This document shows positions 1 to 12,429 of a stretch of DNA of 64,000 nucleotides, one piece after another (within the stretch, counting starts at the first letter, position 1; each line of letters opens with the position of its first letter). The stretch is from assembly GCF_000143415.4 (NCBI RefSeq), contig NW_003314427.1, positions 124,001-188,000 on the forward strand. Reading direction: 5' to 3'. The notes beneath the pieces are model-generated. The model was not told the DNA's origin. It ran no database searches and saw only the letters and a program-made list of their open reading frames with translations. Made by a program: the position numbers and the translations under genes. This stretch comes from Selaginella moellendorffii (Eukaryota; Plantae; Lycopodiophyta).

Positions 1-2
1 GT

Positions 3-128
3 TCCGAGGAGGAAGAAGAGCCCATCAAGGAGACGAGGCTTGCCAACCTGATCAAGTTGTTCAAGAAGCCCGATAAGAACATTGAAAAGTACTTGATCAA
101 CAGGAGAGGAAACAAGTTTGATGTGTAA
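3..128 (+). CDS. 3' end of a protein-coding gene truncated by the window edge (…SEEEEEPIKETRLANLIKLFKKPDKNIEKYLINRRGNKFDV*)
   Basis: Open frame with coding-like codon use ending in TAA at 126-128, followed by AT-rich 3'UTR-like sequence. Product not recognised. Confidence 0.5.
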   Translation, partial: SEEEEEPIKETRLANLIKLFKKPDKNIEKYLINRRGNKFDV

Positions 129-299
129 GCAACGCTATGAAATGAAAAATCTTTACAAATCTTACATTTGTTTTCTCTTTTGTGCTTGTTCTCTAGAACC
201 GTTTCGTCATCCATATCTATGTTTTCCGGTCGGAATGATTGCTCTCCTTTGTTCCAAGGATTAATCCCGGGTAGACTACTCCGAGCAGCAGCAGCCTTG

Positions 300-545
300 G
301 CAGCACGAATCACTTCACTCTCGCGTTGGACTCTTGGCGGCATAGTCTCCGTCCACCTTCTTCGCGCTGCCGCAATTCATCCACCATCTTGCGCTAGCCT
401 GATTCCTCCTCTGCCTCCGCAGCGATCTGGCCTGGTCGTACGCCGCCCGGGCCTCCGTCAGCCGCACGAATTCCACGCCGCCATCTCTGGGCCTTGTCGG
501 AATGGCACTTCTTTCGATAAGCTCGTCGCCTTTTCGGTCATTGAC
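300..545 (-). pseudogene. DNAJC17-like J-domain co-chaperone fragment with frameshifts and micro-deletions
   Basis: Minus strand reads RRAYRKKCHSDK / DGGVEFVRLTEA RAAYDQARSLRRQRRNQ / MVDELRQRE. This follows the DNAJC17 pattern (KKAYRKKAL.CHPDK…F..L..A..L.D…RAAYD…DLE.RE), with HPD altered and residues deleted. Confidence 0.6.
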
Positions 546-559
546 TTTTCATTGACTTT

Positions 560-676
560 CAAAGAACCAAACCAGGAAAAAAAAAGGAAGAACAATCGAT
601 CTCTAGTAGAAGCGGTGCTACCTTCCCAAGAGAGACATCATCCTCTCCATTCCATTGATCCCAACGTTGGAGGCGA
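560..676 (-). repeat. Duplicated 3' end (last ~20 codons plus 3'UTR) of the gene at 34872-35405
   Basis: 604-676 is near-identical to 34874-34946 (tagtagaagcggtgct.ccttcccaagagagacatcatcctctccattccattgatcccaacgttggaggcga). Similarity continues through gaaccaaaccaggaaaaaaa in the UTR. Confidence 0.9.
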
Positions 677-3070
677 GTATCTCTTCCACACGAGCCAGTC
701 CCGACGAGTAAGTCGTACCACCTGCTGCTCGAAATCTCAAAAGCTTGTCAACTTGAGGTTCGGACATGGTCACTCGCTCCAGAGCGATGACCCCGCTTGT
801 GTCGAAAAGAACCACCGACATCACGTCCTGGAGGGCGGCTGCTCGACTTGTCCACCACAAAGATTACATGGCTGGCCACGTCACGTGAATGGTTGCAGGC
901 AAAGTGGTGTCCATAGTCAGTCACGTAGCCCGTTCCAGCGTTGCGGACGTGCTTTGGGACCGGAGGATGCCACAATTTTTCGGTGCAGTATGACATTCCG
1001 GCTTGGAGACCTGTACCACCTGCAGAAGCTCAAGTCTCGCTTAGAACAAGTTCACGAAACAATCGACTGAAAGTTACCTGCATTGTGTTCTGTCGCCTGG
1101 CAGTAGTGGCCGCAGAGTGCAAACTGGTTCTGGTCATCCTGAGAGCAAGGGTCTTTGAACTTCATCTTCTTCCAGTACGCTGCATGCGTGAGCTCGTCCT
1201 TCGGAGTGCTCCAGTCTGGACAATACTTCTGAGTTGCGTGACGAGCTCCTTTGGAGAACTTCGCTTTGCCGCAAACACCGTCACGCTGCTGCTCCTCGCA
1301 CACGGCCAAGTGAATGTGTCCACGACCTCGAGCCTTACAATGCATCATGCACATTTCAGCTGCCCCGGTGTCTCCCCACTCGTACTTCCTGCCCCCGACT
1401 TCAACTTCTTCGCTCTCGGGTACAAAAGTTCGCTGCGTCATGTTGTCGTGAACGGTGTCGTGAAGTCCTGGATGACCAATAGGCAGGTGACAGAAGTAGC
1501 CGCATCCTTCACATGTCGACACACAAAAGTGAACGGCTTCCTGGTTGATACTGTGCGAATGCTGGCCTTCATGCGGCACTGGAAAGCAGCAGTTCTCCAG
1601 CACTCCATTTTGCTCTGACACATGATCATACTTGAACGTCGAACGCTTGCCCAGGTAAGTCCGAGTCTCTTTAACACTTGAGTGAGAACTTCGCAATTTC
1701 CCTTGCACCCACACTTGCTCGGACGCTGGTGTTCATTCCCGCAGGGTTTCTCCGAATGGAAGTGGCCCTCTTCAGCACACTTCCTGTTGCACCCCTTCAT
1801 AATACACTGGCTGACGCACATCTTCTCGTGGCAAGCGTGAGTAGTTCCACAGGATAGACGCAGGTGTTGATGCAAGTGCGAAGCGAGCACTGCTACTTGC
1901 ACATATGCTGCTTTGAGTTACACCTGTGCTCACCCTGGTGTGCCGCTTTCAGTGAGCAACTCTGGTTGCAGTTGGACGACTTATCCTTGAATTGACAACG
2001 CTCTCTACAAGTGTGTCCCTTCACCTGGCAGTCATGTAAACCTTCGTGACCGGCTTTATCAGAACAGACCTCCACAGTCGAATCCCCCTCCTTGCAAAAG
2101 GAGCGCTGTTCCTTGCAGCGATGGTTTCCTTTGCAGCTGTGAACTCTTGGATGTGCCTTCTCCAGTATGCAGCACTGTTCGCACTTGCAGCTACACAGAG
2201 CCATCCGGTCTTTTGCTTCTGCAACTGCAGCGGTGGTCTCAAGGAGTAGATTCTGGACACCACCATCGGAAGAGAAGCCTTCAGTGTTGACTTTAATCCA
2301 ATCAAGCAGTCGGGCCTTGCGCCTTTCTGCTAAGGCTCCCAGGAACACCTCCAGCATCCAGTGCCATTCTTCATCGCTATGGGCCTTCTCTCCGCGAGGC
2401 ACTACATTCTCAAACTCCGATACCAGCTCCTTTAAAAACCTCGTGACCAGCAAGCCGAAGACTTCTCGAAACCAAAGGCCCGTCGTCAATCTGATTTTCC
2501 GAATCAAAGTCCACCAGCTCTGTCTTGTCGTCCATCCCAAAGCTATGGCCGTCTTCAAATGCTTCCTGAGCATGCTGACCCTGAAACCGATCCTTTTCGT
2601 GTCAATAGAAGACCAGTCCTTCGAACAAATCTGAGATATCAACAGCGTGAAGTCCCCTAAGAAGCTCTTCCCGCTCTGGTGCACTGCTGCAAGCCGTTCG
2701 ATGGTGGTGGCAATCTGCGATATACTTTCGTGGACCTCCTTCCGGTTGAAAGGTGGCATCGCCGTAATCTCTATGCGGCCCCCGTACATTCTGGTGAGGA
2801 AATTGTCCTTGGACTTGTTGCATACGTAGAGGACCTTCGAATAAAACTCTTCGCAAAGGCCATCAACGTCAGCAGCATCACATCTTTGATAGCCATGCTC
2901 TGAAGAGTCTTTCACAAGGCTCACACCATTCTGGAATCGTTCAAACACTGCTTCAGTATCCTTGTTAAAATGAGAGTCCTGCAAACAGGACAAACTCAAT
3001 GATGAGTAACCAATCGAGAAAATACTAGAGCTTTCCACAAACCTTTTTGTTGAACAAAGTTACCGTTAGC
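618..3070 (-). pseudogene. Frameshifted C-terminal part of a large GBP/VLIG-like GTPase + Cys/His-rich repeat + VWA-domain protein
   Basis: Consecutive minus-strand ORFs (1893-3038, 1438-1902, 1052-1714, 748-996, 618-860). They give a GTPase C-lobe-like region (TLFNK…FERFQNGVSL…FLTRMYGG), many CxxxxxHxGxHxC repeats, and VWA motifs (HVIFVVDKSSS; SVVLFD; GGTTYSSGL). Several frameshifts; intron ~2980-3043. Confidence 0.65.
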
Positions 3071-3644
3071 TTGAATATGGTGTAAGCTTGCCTTCGTATA
3101 GGGATGATAGAATGCTTTTATTGGAACCAGAATGGGATCTTGGTAAGCTGTGAACACCACGCCTACATCAAGTGTAAGTAAGGTGCATTGAAATCAGTTG
3201 CAAATTGTTTGTCACCGGCGAACAGCGCGGAGCACAGCAACACGCACTAATTGGCTTGATCTTTTGATCCATGGTATCTGTGAAACGTTCTAGCAAAGTC
3301 ATGGTTTCCTGCCAAAGGCATGTTAGCAAGAAATAGAGAAAGAGCGTGTGCTTGTACCATGAGAACTTCCGGGTATGAATCAGTTGCCGTGACCATGATG
3401 ATAGACGCAACCTCGGACGCGAAGGGATGCATTAGTTAGTCGAGGAGCATGGTTGAGTAAGGAGAACGAGAGGCAAACGACGAGAAGCCGGAATTCCTCT
3501 GATGTAGTAAAGCTTCTTCTTGTCGATCCTTGAAGTCACAACTAAAGAATATCACCCGAGTTTTCTAATCGAGATCGACGTTCTCTCTGTTACCTTTCGA
3601 AGTTTGTTTCTCAACAGTACCTTGCTCTACCTTCGTTCCAAACT

Positions 3645-3985
3645 CTACTACATTGGGAAGAGATCTTAAGAATGTAAGGCAGCAAACTCATCATACATCC
3701 TGGAATAGTTTCGAGAAGGCTGAAAAGAAAGAAAACAAACAGTCAAGCTCATCGATACTGCTAGCGCTGCTAAAATGCTTACCTGAGAAGGATCAACACA
3801 GCTAGACGGCGGCATTTCTCCAATGGATCAGTAACAGAGCCTTGATGACGGCATCACTACCTAGCTCCTGAATTTCCTCCTCACCTCGCGCCCAGACTCC
3901 CTGCTCCAGGCGCAAGAGCGCCGCTTTGCGAAGGGACACGCTGGGATAAATTGACATCTCTAGCGATGGCGCTGTCCTCCGCCAT
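3645..3985 (-). pseudogene. DNAAF5/HEATR2-like (dynein axonemal assembly factor 5) 5' fragment
   Basis: ATG at 3985: MAEDSAIARDVNL / PSVSLRKAALLRLEQ…IKALL / TDPLEKCRRLAVLILL, then GT-AG intron 3782-3720, then SLLETIPG..LLPYIL. This matches the DNAAF5 N-terminal pattern (RDINCL.D…RK.AL..L; DP.EKCR.LA; LPY). Two frameshifting deletions. Confidence 0.6.
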
Positions 3986-4569
3986 GGCCAAGAGCCCTAA
4001 GCTTCAAATTCTTCCCGCCCAACGAATATCCGGCGATCGCGCCGTGCTCTTGCTCCGGCGATGGAAGCTTCTTCCTTTTCTTGCCGACAATGCTGCTTGC
4101 GATTCATCTTCCTTCTATGGCATAGAAAAACAGCGAAGTAGCGTTCCATTCCGGCTCTCATCACGCTCCGACAGTAGTGGCGCTTGATCAAATCGTGGTA
4201 TCCTCGAAGGTAGAACCAAGAGATTTATACAATATACCAAGATGTGTTCTTAGTTACTCACAGTGACCACTCTGGGTGACCGTGACGTTGGCCGTTCTTC
4301 TTGAACTATTCCTTCTTGGGGAACGTCTCAGTGATGGCGGTGAGGTGGCTGCGATCAAGCTGAGATACGTAACCATTTCGCCCCAGGAGCTGACGCAGGA
4401 GTGAGCGAGCGAGCGCTTGGATGGGCATGAGAAGTAGCTCTCCGACTTGAGATCCAGCATCAACGACCCCTCCCATCTCCCGGCCTCCTCGATCAGCTGC
4501 TCCTCCTCACTCCTCTTCATGTCCGGCAACATGGACTTGGCATGGCACGAGCTGCCGTGCTTGCTCAAG

Positions 4570-7500
4570 GATTCTTGAAATGCGGTAATTTTAGAAGTTC
4601 GAGTTTCGAGATTTAGTTTGTGCACTTGGAACTCAGACTCGTACCTTGGCCTACCTTCGTTCCAAATTGTAAAATGATTCTTCTCATATCGTTGAATGGT
4701 TTGCCTGTTTCTTGTCAGGTTTGCATTTTCTTCCCCCAATGTTTCCATCTCCATAGAAATGTAGAGTTTAGCAAGTTTTGCAACTCTGTATTTAAGCAGC
4801 CTTTTAGATTGGAATGACATTTTTGCTAATGAAGATTTTGTGCACCCCCATGATTTGAGGTGAAATACAGGTTGTCTCTATCTACATTTGATCTTCCTCA
4901 CCTCATCCCTCCAAACTAGCATCGCTTGCTCCCTCACTGCTGCAGTTTTTTGCTCTATTTCCTCCTCCAATTCCAAAGCAAAATCACATTCTTCTTCATC
5001 CACTAGTTCAATTTGCTCCTCCAGCTCCATGGCCAAATTGTCCAGGTTGGGTATAGGATCCTGGGCATGTTGTGGATCACCGCTTTCTTCCACTCCATGG
5101 AAACCCAACAAGAGATCACTATGATCCCCCTCATCAACTTTGAAATCTTTGATAAATTCCTTGAGATCCTCATCCTCTTTACTAGAATCCATGTGGACTT
5201 CCTCCCCACCTATGTGCTGGGACACATGCCCATCTTCCATATCTTCCATGAGAGACTAGATCAAAGCTCTAGAGCTCACTGCTGACCAGCAATGACTGGT
5301 CGCTACTAGGGCTTTGACTCACTAACACTATGTCTTTTTTGCCACCACCAAGCCTACTTGGCTTGTGCTGCTGCTGCTGCTTCTTGGTTCTCTTTTTGAG
5401 GTGTTCCATGTAAACATCATGATCTTTCTTGGGCCTTAGGTGCCACCATATGTGAATTTGTGATGTTTGTCGCCACAACACCTGTATGATTGTTAAAGTA
5501 ATTAAACTTTGCTTTCTCACCACAGCATGGGTAGAGGGGATGTAAGTAGGCTTTGAGCTCTTTAACACTCCCAAATAAGACACAAACCGGCTGTGTTAAG
5601 TCCTAAACTAAGTAGTCTTTAATATGGTGTAGATCCTTGATGATCACCTTTCTTTCCCATTTCATGGCTTCACTTGACAATCAAATATCTCAAGAGAAAT
5701 AGAAATAAGGGTTCTAAATTGCATAATATACCATAGTTGATTCCCACAAACATGATTGTGATTTCAAACACCATCCAGCCATCAAGTTAATCTCCTTTTC
5801 ATGTTTGGGAAGTCTATTAGTTAAGGGAAGAAAACTAGCTAAACATAATTACATATACCATACTACTCCTGCCAATGCATCTTTTGGAACTTTCCATTTG
5901 GTCATTGCCAAGGGTATCTTCTACATGAACTGGACACTCCTGAGAGTTCATTATTCAACTCTTATAAGTCTCTTATAAGTCCTGGAAAGATTGTTAAAGA
6001 ACCTAAAAGTTTCAACTATTACTTCATCCTTTCCATTCCCTCGAGGCAAGCAACTTCCAAGTTGAATACTTTTCCATGAAGGCTAAAGGATTCACAATGC
6101 CTTTAACAAGAACTCCATCCACCTCTAAATGCACTCCATAAAATTCTACAAGCTCCCTTGCCTCTGTAATCCCAAACCGTTTGTTTTCCTTGACAAGCAT
6201 TGGCAAATTAACTAGAGCTAGAATCTGCATCTTGGAGAGTATCTCTGTGTCTTGCAGTTGTTATCTAATAGATGAAATGAGAGCAGAAGTAAAGTAGATT
6301 TAGAATTGCACAGCTTCTTGAAGATCATTTTCTTCTTATGACCGGATCAACTACATAGTTTTGTAAGCATCTACTTTAACTGAAGCTCTCAAAGCATGGA
6401 GGAAGCCATCCTTACTACCACCATCAGGGATGTATGGATATGATCTACTATCTATGGGATTACCATTCAAATCAATCTCATCACTGATGTAATACTGATT
6501 CAGCTTCACAATAGTCTCTCGGCACAAAGGTCCAACCATGGTGATGTTGATTAGTTTCTCTTGGAATTTCTAATTAAGACTACTCATCACTTGTAAAATA
6601 TCAGCCAAAAAATGCAAGACGTACATGTTTTTGAGAGTTCTGAACTTGTTGTAAAGTTGCAGCTTGCCACTTTGTTTGAAAAGTTTAGCTATTGGTTCCA
6701 AACATTTGCAAAGCTTAGAGACAGCCCCTCCATGACTTAGCCACCTTGTATTTTGTATATGCTGCAGCTTAAGGTTGGTATGATCATGTTCCATCTGAAT
6801 TTCCATCAGCTGAGCCAACCTTTTTGAGCTTTTGCTAAAGCTACTACTTTATTCATTAGTTTATCAATCTTTGTGCATTATATAGCACATTCTCCATCCC
6901 CGTAAGCATCTTCCACACATAAATTAGCTTGATATGCCATATAGTGAACATTGCTTATGAAAGGATTGATCTTCTTCAGCCTGGTTGCTACCTCTATCTT
7001 GCTACTAGCCATGACATTACATCCATTTGAACCAAAACCCATGAACCGCTACATATCTAAATTCCACTGCTTAAGCATATTGCTAATGTAGTTAAAGATA
7101 TTTGCTGCACCACTATCACTGATATTGACAATCCCCAAGTAGCTTGTCTTCATGCAATCACATTCGATGTAAGTCAAGTAAAAGATCAAATGCTTCATAG
7201 TGCTGAAAATCATCGTAAGTAAACTGATAAATCCAAATTATGGAATACTTTATATCAGTGGATTCGTCCACCATCAATCCAAAATAAGGATTTTCCCTAA
7301 CTTTTTGTAAGATATTTTTAACCATAACCTAAAGTGAAACATGAACTATATTATCAAATTAACATGGTCTCTTAAATATACCTCGTTAATAAAAGTTATC
7401 AGTCATGAACAACCTTTGTCACTGTTGTAATATCTTGGAATGTTTATCCTGTTAAGTCGATGAAGTTCAATTAGTTTTGAAAAACGATTGAATGGAGCAA

Positions 7501-7900
7501 ATCCTTTCGCAATATAATAAGCAAAAGTTCAATGCAACTAAAGGCACAATGTTTTACAAGATTTGCAAGGCAAATCTATGGACTAAGAATATTTTTGGCA
7601 AACAAGGTAGTAGTAATTTTTGAAAGAGTGCCTTATACAATCGTGTTAGCTTTGAAGATCACAAAGAGTCTATATTTGTTGAGGAGGTGCATTGTGGGAA
7701 GTAACAATTGATTTCAAAAGCTATAACTAAACATCTACACCATACTGCTTCCAATGCTCCTTCAAATGCCCTGATTTTACATCATCATTCAGTTCCTTCA
7801 ATTTCTATTTGCATGGCAGCTTTCCAAAAATTTAGAGTTGATTGCCTCTCAAAAGCAAGATCAGTAGGTAAGGGACACTTCTTTTTACCTAGAAATAGAT
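4570..7900 (-). mobile_element. Degenerate hAT-superfamily (ZNF862/DUF4371-like) transposase gene with an acidic C-terminal extension
   Basis: Motifs: YFGLMVDESTDI (~7250-7290); FMGFGSNGCNVM…RLKKINPFISNVH (~6940-7050); NTRWLSHGGAVSKL and LHFLADILQVMSSLN (ORF 6570-6818). Many stops and introns. Acidic in-frame tail 4570-5249. Termini not found. Confidence 0.75.
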
Positions 7901-8013
7901 TTGGTATTCTACCACATTAACCTAAGTAGATTAATTAATATGGGTTAACAAAAAAATCCTTTTCATATTAAAATATCTAGGCTAAAATCCTCTTGGTGTC
8001 AAATGACCAAGGT

Positions 8014-10800
8014 TCATTTGTTGATCACTGCTGGTATGCTCAATAATACCCTTTGCCCTATCATGAATCCATTGGACCTGTTTACCATTCTCCCCTTCAT
8101 AAAAAACCCTGGCCAGTTTAGTGATAAAGTCGGGTTGAGTGCTACCATTTTCCCTGTGCCAAAAAACATATTCATAATGACTGCCTGAACCAATGTTTTG
8201 GCCTCCTCTACTCTGGTGCTCACGACACCTCCAAAAAACCTATAAACATCATCTAATACTATCCTGTTTATGTTGAATAGAATGTCACACCTATCCACCA
8301 TAGCATTTCTCTCCCAAGCCTCTACACCCCTCTTTGTCACCAACTCCACACCAAAGTCCATTAGCATTTGTGTGACCTCTGACATTGGTGGATTCTGAAT
8401 GATACAGTACTCCAAAGTAGTAGTAAATGCCCAATGCCTCCCTCTATACAAGAGCTGCAGCCTCTAAAAGTCCAAAATGATACAATTGTCTAGTACATGA
8501 GCAGCAAACTATTACAATGCCTATGCATCTGCAAATCCTCCCAAATTAGTAACCCAATAGGTGCTCACATGATACTTCCAAGTCTGCAAAAAAAAATCAA
8601 CCAACCAAACCAAGTATGGAAATAGGAAAAAGCATACTCGGACAAGTGAGTGGCCATGTGATTAAGTGACCTTCCCATCCAAGATAAATATACTATCATA
8701 TTAAAACTAGCAATTTGTAATGCAATGGCAAACTTATCCAACATTGATCACTTGGGCCGAGGAGAAACATAGCTGAGAAGCTCCTATGATGTAAATTGGT
8801 TGCTCAAGCACCTCGACACCTCTTGGCACTCATCCAATATGAGGACCCCTCCAAGTGTAGCACTGGATCAAGGTACCCACACTCACATTCAATGCTTCTA
8901 GCTCTACAACTGTGGTTGCCAAGTCCAAGATTCTCCTTGTTAGATAGCACCACAAGTCTTGTTCAGGGTACTTGAGATACTTGTGCATCACTTGGTTGAA
9001 GAGGAATGTTAAGTTATCTACTCCAGACTTGTCATGGATGAAGAATCTCATCAATAGTGATTCACCACATCCATGACTCAATGAAATCCAACACTAGGGA
9101 CTAAATGTAACCAAATGACATCGACAGAAGTAGTCCCAAAAGCCTTTAGCAAGAGTCCCTTTGTCTGGCACCCCAGTGAGATATACACTAGGTTGCTCCA
9201 CTACAATCTTGTATAGAGTCCACATCTTCCCAGCTCCAAGACACATCACAAAGAATCACAAGGTCTGATGCACCCTGCCAGACATTGCCATGGACCTTGG
9301 ACTCTTGTGATGCACTGAATGGTTGGTCTAGCCTTTCCCATAGAAGACTGGGCTGCCTATGATCAAGATGGGGAAGACAGCAAATAGGAGCCTTGGTGAG
9401 AGTATATTTTTGCTTGAAATAGTCTCGAGTAGGCATCTGAGCCAAGTTCTTCGTCACTCTGGTCCAGAATCCAGACAAAATATCTTCCACTAGATCTTCA
9501 TACAACATTAACAACTGAAGCAAAGATTTGTCAAATAGCATACTTGTAGTTATACGTTGAGTTGCTTGAAGACTCTTAAGGGGAACTGGAACAGAAGCAA
9601 GATCAACCAATAAGCAAACTAGGCTGACAAACAAAAGAATTTACCAATTCATGTGAGCAGGAAAAGCTTTTCCTCTTGCAGCTACTCCTCTTTCTTCTGC
9701 AGGAACTTCTTCTCATCAGGATCTTGCTCCCTCTCCAATTTGTGTGCCACTTCCTTGATTTCAGCCATCACATCCTGGAGAAGCTCATCTGCCATGGAGC
9801 CAATCTATATGCCCTAGAAGAATATGCCACTGTTTCAGTATATTCTTGATTACAAATGCTTAAAGTATATTCTTAAATAGGCAAAAAGTGGAATCTGTAT
9901 CCACCACTTCTCAATTGAGCATGGCTCTATCATGCATTAGTGATGGGCTAAACTCTAGCACTCAACAATGGGCTTCCTCATCTCTGTCTCTAGCAAGGTG
10001 GATGAGACTATGGAGTGTGCCAAGGCAGAGGGAAATGTCCACACTAGCTACCACAACCCATAAGACTTTGTCCTCTCCATCTAGCACCCCCAATTTGTCT
10101 TTGTTAGGTTGGTGCGCCATGCTCACCCAGTTCATGAGATAGCAGTAACAAGTGGTATGAGAACACCACTATATGAGTGATAGTGCTTATGAGGTGGTAA
10201 AGAACTTTACCTTTGCCTGAAGGCCTCCCACTCATTTCCCATATGGGCAAACAATTGCTTGAAGAGATCTTTTGATTCCTTCATGCCCTGAGATAATATC
10301 TTAAGAAATTTCTCCTCATGGAAATTATTTGGAGTTATGATCTTGAAGCATCCAAGGGTCTTGTGCACCATCTCGATCATGTTTTTTGTCCTACTTGGAA
10401 TACTTCCTTTTGTTGCTGCCCTACTGTCTTAAGTTGTTCGGAGACTAATGTATTGCTATGCCATAGCCATGCCCTCCTACCTCTTCTTGGTTCTTATACT
10501 TTGGGCCTAAGCCTGAGTCTTGGCCTCCACCTTCTTGTTGTTGCCTCCAATAACTCCTTGCTCTACTTTTGGTTTGAGCTTTAGTAGCAGCATAGGGCAC
10601 TTAGGCCACATTGAGTCTTTTGAGGGTGTCCACACAAGATTGCAATGATGGAGAATTGGCATGGCTTGCTCTACCCTGCTTGTTTTAGTATTGTCTTTTT
10701 TACTTTGTGCTTTTGCTCCTTACCTCATTATAAAGAATGGTTTAGGCAAGCTGGATTTGTCCCCATAGAAGCTCATGGTGCCATCCACCTTCATTCTTGA
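8014..10800 (-). pseudogene. Decayed multi-exon gene of unknown function, co-oriented with and upstream of the hAT transposase (possible cargo)
   Basis: Co-oriented ORF pieces 8014-8451, 8830-9081 and 9188-9634, a K/E-rich region near 9680-10800, and intron-like GT..AG breaks. No recognisable domain. Confidence 0.4.
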
Positions 10801-11818
10801 CTAGTATCCTCCTAGCTATCTTCCATGCTGTAGCTGAACCTAAGTCAGCACTGAATGTGGATCTAAATGAAGGCTAGAACCGTCCCTAAAAGAGAATTTA
10901 GGGCTGACAAAAAAACTGATGATGCAGATCTCAAGCATAAAGTCAAGAAAAATACCAAAAAGTTGTTGTGCCAACATGTCATTATCATAATATGCCTCAG
11001 CCATTGCTTTAGCTCTTAAACGAGGAGATCCACAACTTTTCAACTATCTAAAGACATAAAGTTTCAACACTCTACAAATATTACCACTTGGATCTTAGCA
11101 AAGGAATTGCAACTCTTTTGCAAATCTAGTCTTAAACACTTAGGGAATCAAATCAAACTATCACAACTCCTTGTTAGAACACTAAGACTCCTCCAAGGTA
11201 GATAGATAAACTTAAATATAAAAATCCTAGATCTAAAGAGAAGTGTTGATTTGATTCAAGAGTTTGGTACAAGGTCAACTTATACTACACCATCATTATA
11301 AATGAAAATAGTGGTAACTATCTTGCTTTTGTCCTTTAGGCATAACATGTTATTGCTTAAACTTAAGCCTGGCTAAAAGGTAATTAGTCAACCCTCCACT
11401 TGTTTTAGTTCATTTCACTTATTTTAGTCTAAGTGCATATGGCTTTCACCCTTTATTTTTATGGTGATTTAAATTATGGGAACCTACCTTTGGATATATA
11501 TGCTAAGGGTAACTGAGTGGAGCATAAGTTTTAGGCCACTAAATGAAGGAACAAAGTCAAACTCCCAAGTGTACAACTAAGGAAGAGTATGAAGTAACTC
11601 TTAAGTGTAGCCAATGAGTGACAAAGTAGGAGTAAAGAGTAATATTGAAATAGTTTTAGAGTATACAACATTTTAATGCCAAAATAAGCATGTAAAATAA
11701 AGTTAAATGGAGTTTAGTGCTATTTCAAGATACTGGTGGTCTAACACAAGGATATGGATACTTTCAATTAACATGGCATAGAACTTAGGCTTAGACCTAA
11801 ATTGGACACAAAATAATG

Positions 11819-12160
11819 TGTAAGCAACCAAAAGGAATGACTTTGTTAGTTGGATGAAAGAATTATACCACTTGTTAAAATTGACATTTGGTAGTGGTCT
11901 AATTTGCCTCTGGCTAGTTTCAACTTCCATTCACAAAGGTGTGAATTACAAAAAAAACATGATGGATTATAAGCAACTAAAGAGAACGATTTGAAAGATG
12001 ATTTATAAGGGTTTAAATATAAAGGGAAATGGCCTATAAACAAAAGTGCACTCTTTTTTTCAATCAGTTAAAATTTTTGGAATATTTGAGGTTAAGCATT
12101 TTGGTTTAAGTAGTACTAGGTTAAATGACCTCCTGAAAAATCTAAATTTAGGAGTTTACA
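11819..12160 (+). mobile_element. Decayed Cassandra TRIM relic
   Basis: Start tgtaagcaaccaaaaggaatgac, an internal region and a 3' LTR with a decayed 5S box (ggttaagcattttggtttaagtagtactagg…gacctcc), all collinear with 58126-58718. Confidence 0.8.
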
Positions 12161-12429
12161 CAAGGATAAATATAACTAGTAAAGAGCTAAACAATATCTC
12201 AAGTTAGTTGGGTCTATTCATTATCCTTACTATACATTTAGAGATCCCTATAAGCCTCCTTAATGCTCTAGGTGATCCCTATAGGCCCCTTTGCTACTCT
12301 AGGTGTCACCCAGCTTACAAAAGATAATATGCTCCAACCAAATTTATCAGTAAAGTTTAAATAAACTATTGAAAACAAGTAGTTAGAGTCATATCTTTTT
12401 AATGAAATAAAGAATAACAAAAGAGATAT

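Noticed and set aside
168-1618. Plus-strand ORFs 168-1070 and 941-1618 (also 34884-35459)
   Set aside because: Antisense shadows of GC-rich minus-strand coding sequence, with non-ATG starts and no motifs.
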